Shown in pieces: positions 41,032 through 42,351 of a stretch of DNA of 42,351 bases. The notes beneath the pieces are model-generated. The model searched no databases, was not told the origin of the DNA, and saw nothing but the letters and a program-made list of their open reading frames with translations. The position numbers were made by a program, and so were the translations under genes. Every line of letters begins with the position of its first letter. Position 1 is the stretch's first letter. Location: sequence record NC_025430.1. One strand, 5' to 3'. The stretch is from Escherichia phage vB_EcoM-ep3.

Positions 41032-41563
41032 AACATACAGCTTATACTACCTGCCGCAGACGCGCGAGGCGATGAATAAATGGGAAATATTGTTGCGAAA
41101 TGCACTTGCGTGATATAGGATTAAATTGTCAGTTGTAGAGATTCACGCTGTCGAGAGATACACGATGACCGCCGTGAAAGGACGGCACACAACAGGTAAG
41201 AGCATTGAACCCGTAGACCTCGCGGATTTGGTGAAAGGTGCCGCGCATTGCTCTTTCCGTTGTGGTGAATGCGCAGGCTGATGCGCGACCAATGTATAAA
41301 CAGCGCTCATGGCAAGCAGTAACCAATCTGCGCCTCAAGACAGCGTCACTGGTAGTGCGGGCGCTCTAACCAGTAAGCCGGAGTTCAGCACCGGCCACCA
41401 CAACACGCGCCGTGATGCGCTTTTGCGAACACTTCCAACCACCAGGGTGTTACCTCGCAACGTGAAAGCGCATCGCAGTGCGACATTCGCACAGACTGGA
41501 ACTTACCAGACTAGTGATTCCAATAAGGCAGGTGATCTGTATCTCGCATCACAGCGTCACGTG

Positions 41564-41595
41564 ACACAAAACCCCGCTTAGGCGGGGTTTTTCTT
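41564..41595. terminator. Bidirectional rho-independent terminator (ends sprT-like gene on the - strand)
   Basis: A-rich run, then ACCCCGC-TTAG-GCGGGGT, then TTTTTC. The hairpin is flanked by an A-tract and a T-tract. Confidence 0.75.
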
Positions 41596-41598
41596 TGG

Positions 41599-42270
41599 TC
41601 ATTCGTCATCGCCTTCCGGAGTCATCGCGCCATGTTCCGGGCAGTGAGGCGGCCCGACCTCCAACCATTTTTGCGTTACCCGAACCGTGTAGCCGCATTC
41701 CTGGCATTCGCATTTTTTCAGCCTGGTGGTTTGCTTAGGCTTCGCCGTGGACGCACCGCCGACCGGTGCCACTTCGATTTCCTCCCCTTCATCATCGTCA
41801 CCGCCTTCATCCAGGCCGATGCGCAGGCGTGGCACTTTTATGGATATGCCACGGTCAAACGTCAGCTTGGCGTGCGGCATGGGGCCAAGTTCGTCCAGGA
41901 ACGGTTTGACGTACTCTTTGAATTTCTCGCCAGGCGTGGTGGCGGTCATCGGTCCATTCAGGCCAACAGCCTTGCACACAGTGGCAAACGCGCCCTTGTG
42001 GCCACAGTCAAAACCAACGGTGGCGTGCGTCAGTTCGTGCCACAGGTGGTTTGCGACCAGGTACGGTTCCACCTGGTCTGGCATGATGAATATTTCAAAG
42101 GTGTTGTCTGCACTGCACTTGCTGTGCCAGCACTGTGCCGCCGTACTGGACCGCGCGCCGCTGCTGCAAAAGCCAACTGACACCCGGAATTTTGGCATTT
42201 CATAGCCGAATTCTTTAAAACGCGGCGCAAACTTCGCCGCCAAAGCATTTAACCAACCTTCACGGTCCAT
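41599..42270 (-). CDS. SprT-like zinc metalloprotease-domain protein with C-terminal zinc ribbon
   Basis: 223 aa. HExxH motif (LWHELTHATV), an acidic linker (GGDDDEGEE) and C-terminal CECQECGYTVRV...HCPEHG. The RBS is GAGAGGA. Confidence 0.7.
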   Translation of the reverse strand: MDREGWLNALAAKFAPRFKEFGYEMPKFRVSVGFCSSGARSSTAAQCWHSKCSADNTFEIFIMPDQVEPYLVANHLWHELTHATVGFDCGHKGAFATVCKAVGLNGPMTATTPGEKFKEYVKPFLDELGPMPHAKLTFDRGISIKVPRLRIGLDEGGDDDEGEEIEVAPVGGASTAKPKQTTRLKKCECQECGYTVRVTQKWLEVGPPHCPEHGAMTPEGDDE

Positions 42271-42305
42271 ATATATTTCCTCTCAATGCGTTTAAACGTG
42301 TTTAG

Positions 42306-42311
42306 ATTATA
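42306..42311 (-). promoter_or_regulatory. Consensus -10 element (TATAAT) for the sprT-like gene
   Basis: Minus strand reads TTGTATAAT about 35 nt upstream of the start codon. There is no good -35 element. Confidence 0.4.
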
Positions 42312-42320
42312 CAAAGGCAA

Positions 42321-42345
42321 AGAAAAACCCGCCATAACGGCGGGG
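42321..42345 (-). terminator. Rho-independent terminator, near-duplicate of the one at 1-27
   Basis: Minus strand reads CCCGCC-GTTAT-GGCGGG followed by TTTTTCTTT. The 17-mer CCCGCCATAACGGCGGG (42328-42344) is identical to 11-27. Confidence 0.7.
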
Positions 42346-42351
42346 TGGTTA

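Noticed and set aside
41001-41080. Possible intact tRNA gene on the minus strand
   Set aside because: Only the T-loop, the 3' T-stem, the acceptor 3' strand and CCA are present. No complementary 5' acceptor strand (GACCCAG or GGCGACC), D arm or anticodon arm could be built. Other tRNA-like snippets (TGGTTAGAGCGC at 41361-41372 on the minus strand; GGGTTCAAT near 41204-41212 on the minus strand) also failed manual cloverleaf folding.
41340-41349. Recurrent ACAGCGTCAC / CAGCGTCACG (41340, 41551, 3633)
   Set aside because: Matches of 9-10 nt are expected hundreds of times by chance in a genome of this size. No further flanking similarity is seen.
41309-41581. 90-codon plus-strand ORF in the ORF-poor region
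   Set aside because: It has no RBS. It uses codons rare elsewhere in the window (CTA, CGA, AGG, TTA). The product is Ser/Thr/Gln-rich and low-complexity, and the stop lies inside a terminator hairpin loop. A faint resemblance of AHRSATFAQTG to integrase box II is too weak to call a pseudogene.
1-42351. CRISPR array, rRNA, integrase, transposase or IS elements
   Set aside because: No regularly spaced direct repeats, no rRNA-like sequence and no ORF with recombinase or transposase motifs were seen in any frame of the track.

Overview
The 42,351-bp window reads as an essentially complete, tightly packed genome of a contractile-tailed dsDNA phage. There is no flanking host DNA that I can recognise. 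All calls below come from reading the sequence and the ORF track; no searches were run.

Module map:
- 1-3524 (- strand): early recombination operon with a PD-(D/E)XK exonuclease, a Sak4-like ATPase, an HTH protein, two small proteins and SSB, ending in a terminator.
- 3540-3797: divergent early promoters.
- 3798-13120 (+): SF2 helicase, possible Nmad5-like protein, secreted protein, VRR-NUC nuclease, small ORFs, an HTH protein, PriCT/Toprim/VirE primase-helicase, DPPY DNA methyltransferase and a DUF551-type protein.
- 13121-13507: repeat-dense intergenic region.
- 13508-15551: Mor/C-like activator, two holin-like proteins, GH24 endolysin and embedded Rz/Rz1-type spanins.
- 15552-15715: likely cos region.
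- 15716-24528: lambda-type packaging and head genes (Nu1-like TerS, gpA-like TerL, gpW-like protein, portal, protease-capsid fusion, connectors).
- 24525-38718: P2-type tail (V, W, J, I, tailspike, fibre, chaperone, sheath, tube, E/E+E' frameshift, tape measure, U, X, D), with an HNH endonuclease inserted before the tape measure gene.
- 38731-41000: accessory operon containing a ParB-like protein.
- 41001-41598: ORF-poor region that starts with a tRNA 3' fragment.
- 41599-42270 (-): SprT-like protein.

I found no integrase, repressor, transposase, rRNA, intact tRNA or CRISPR array, which suggests a virulent lifestyle.

Most interesting observations:
- A 17-nt motif, GACAAACCCCAAGAAGA, occurs five times in one orientation, each time with a fixed-distance -10-like hexamer. 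These look like activator-dependent late promoters.
- A dense GGTNACC/GTCACC iteron cluster lies at 13189-13448.
- A tRNA 3' fragment sits next to about 560 bp of structured non-coding DNA, in a genome without an integrase.

From memory only, the size and architecture recall the ep3 / ECO1230-10 / PPpW-3 type myoviruses. That needs a BLAST check.
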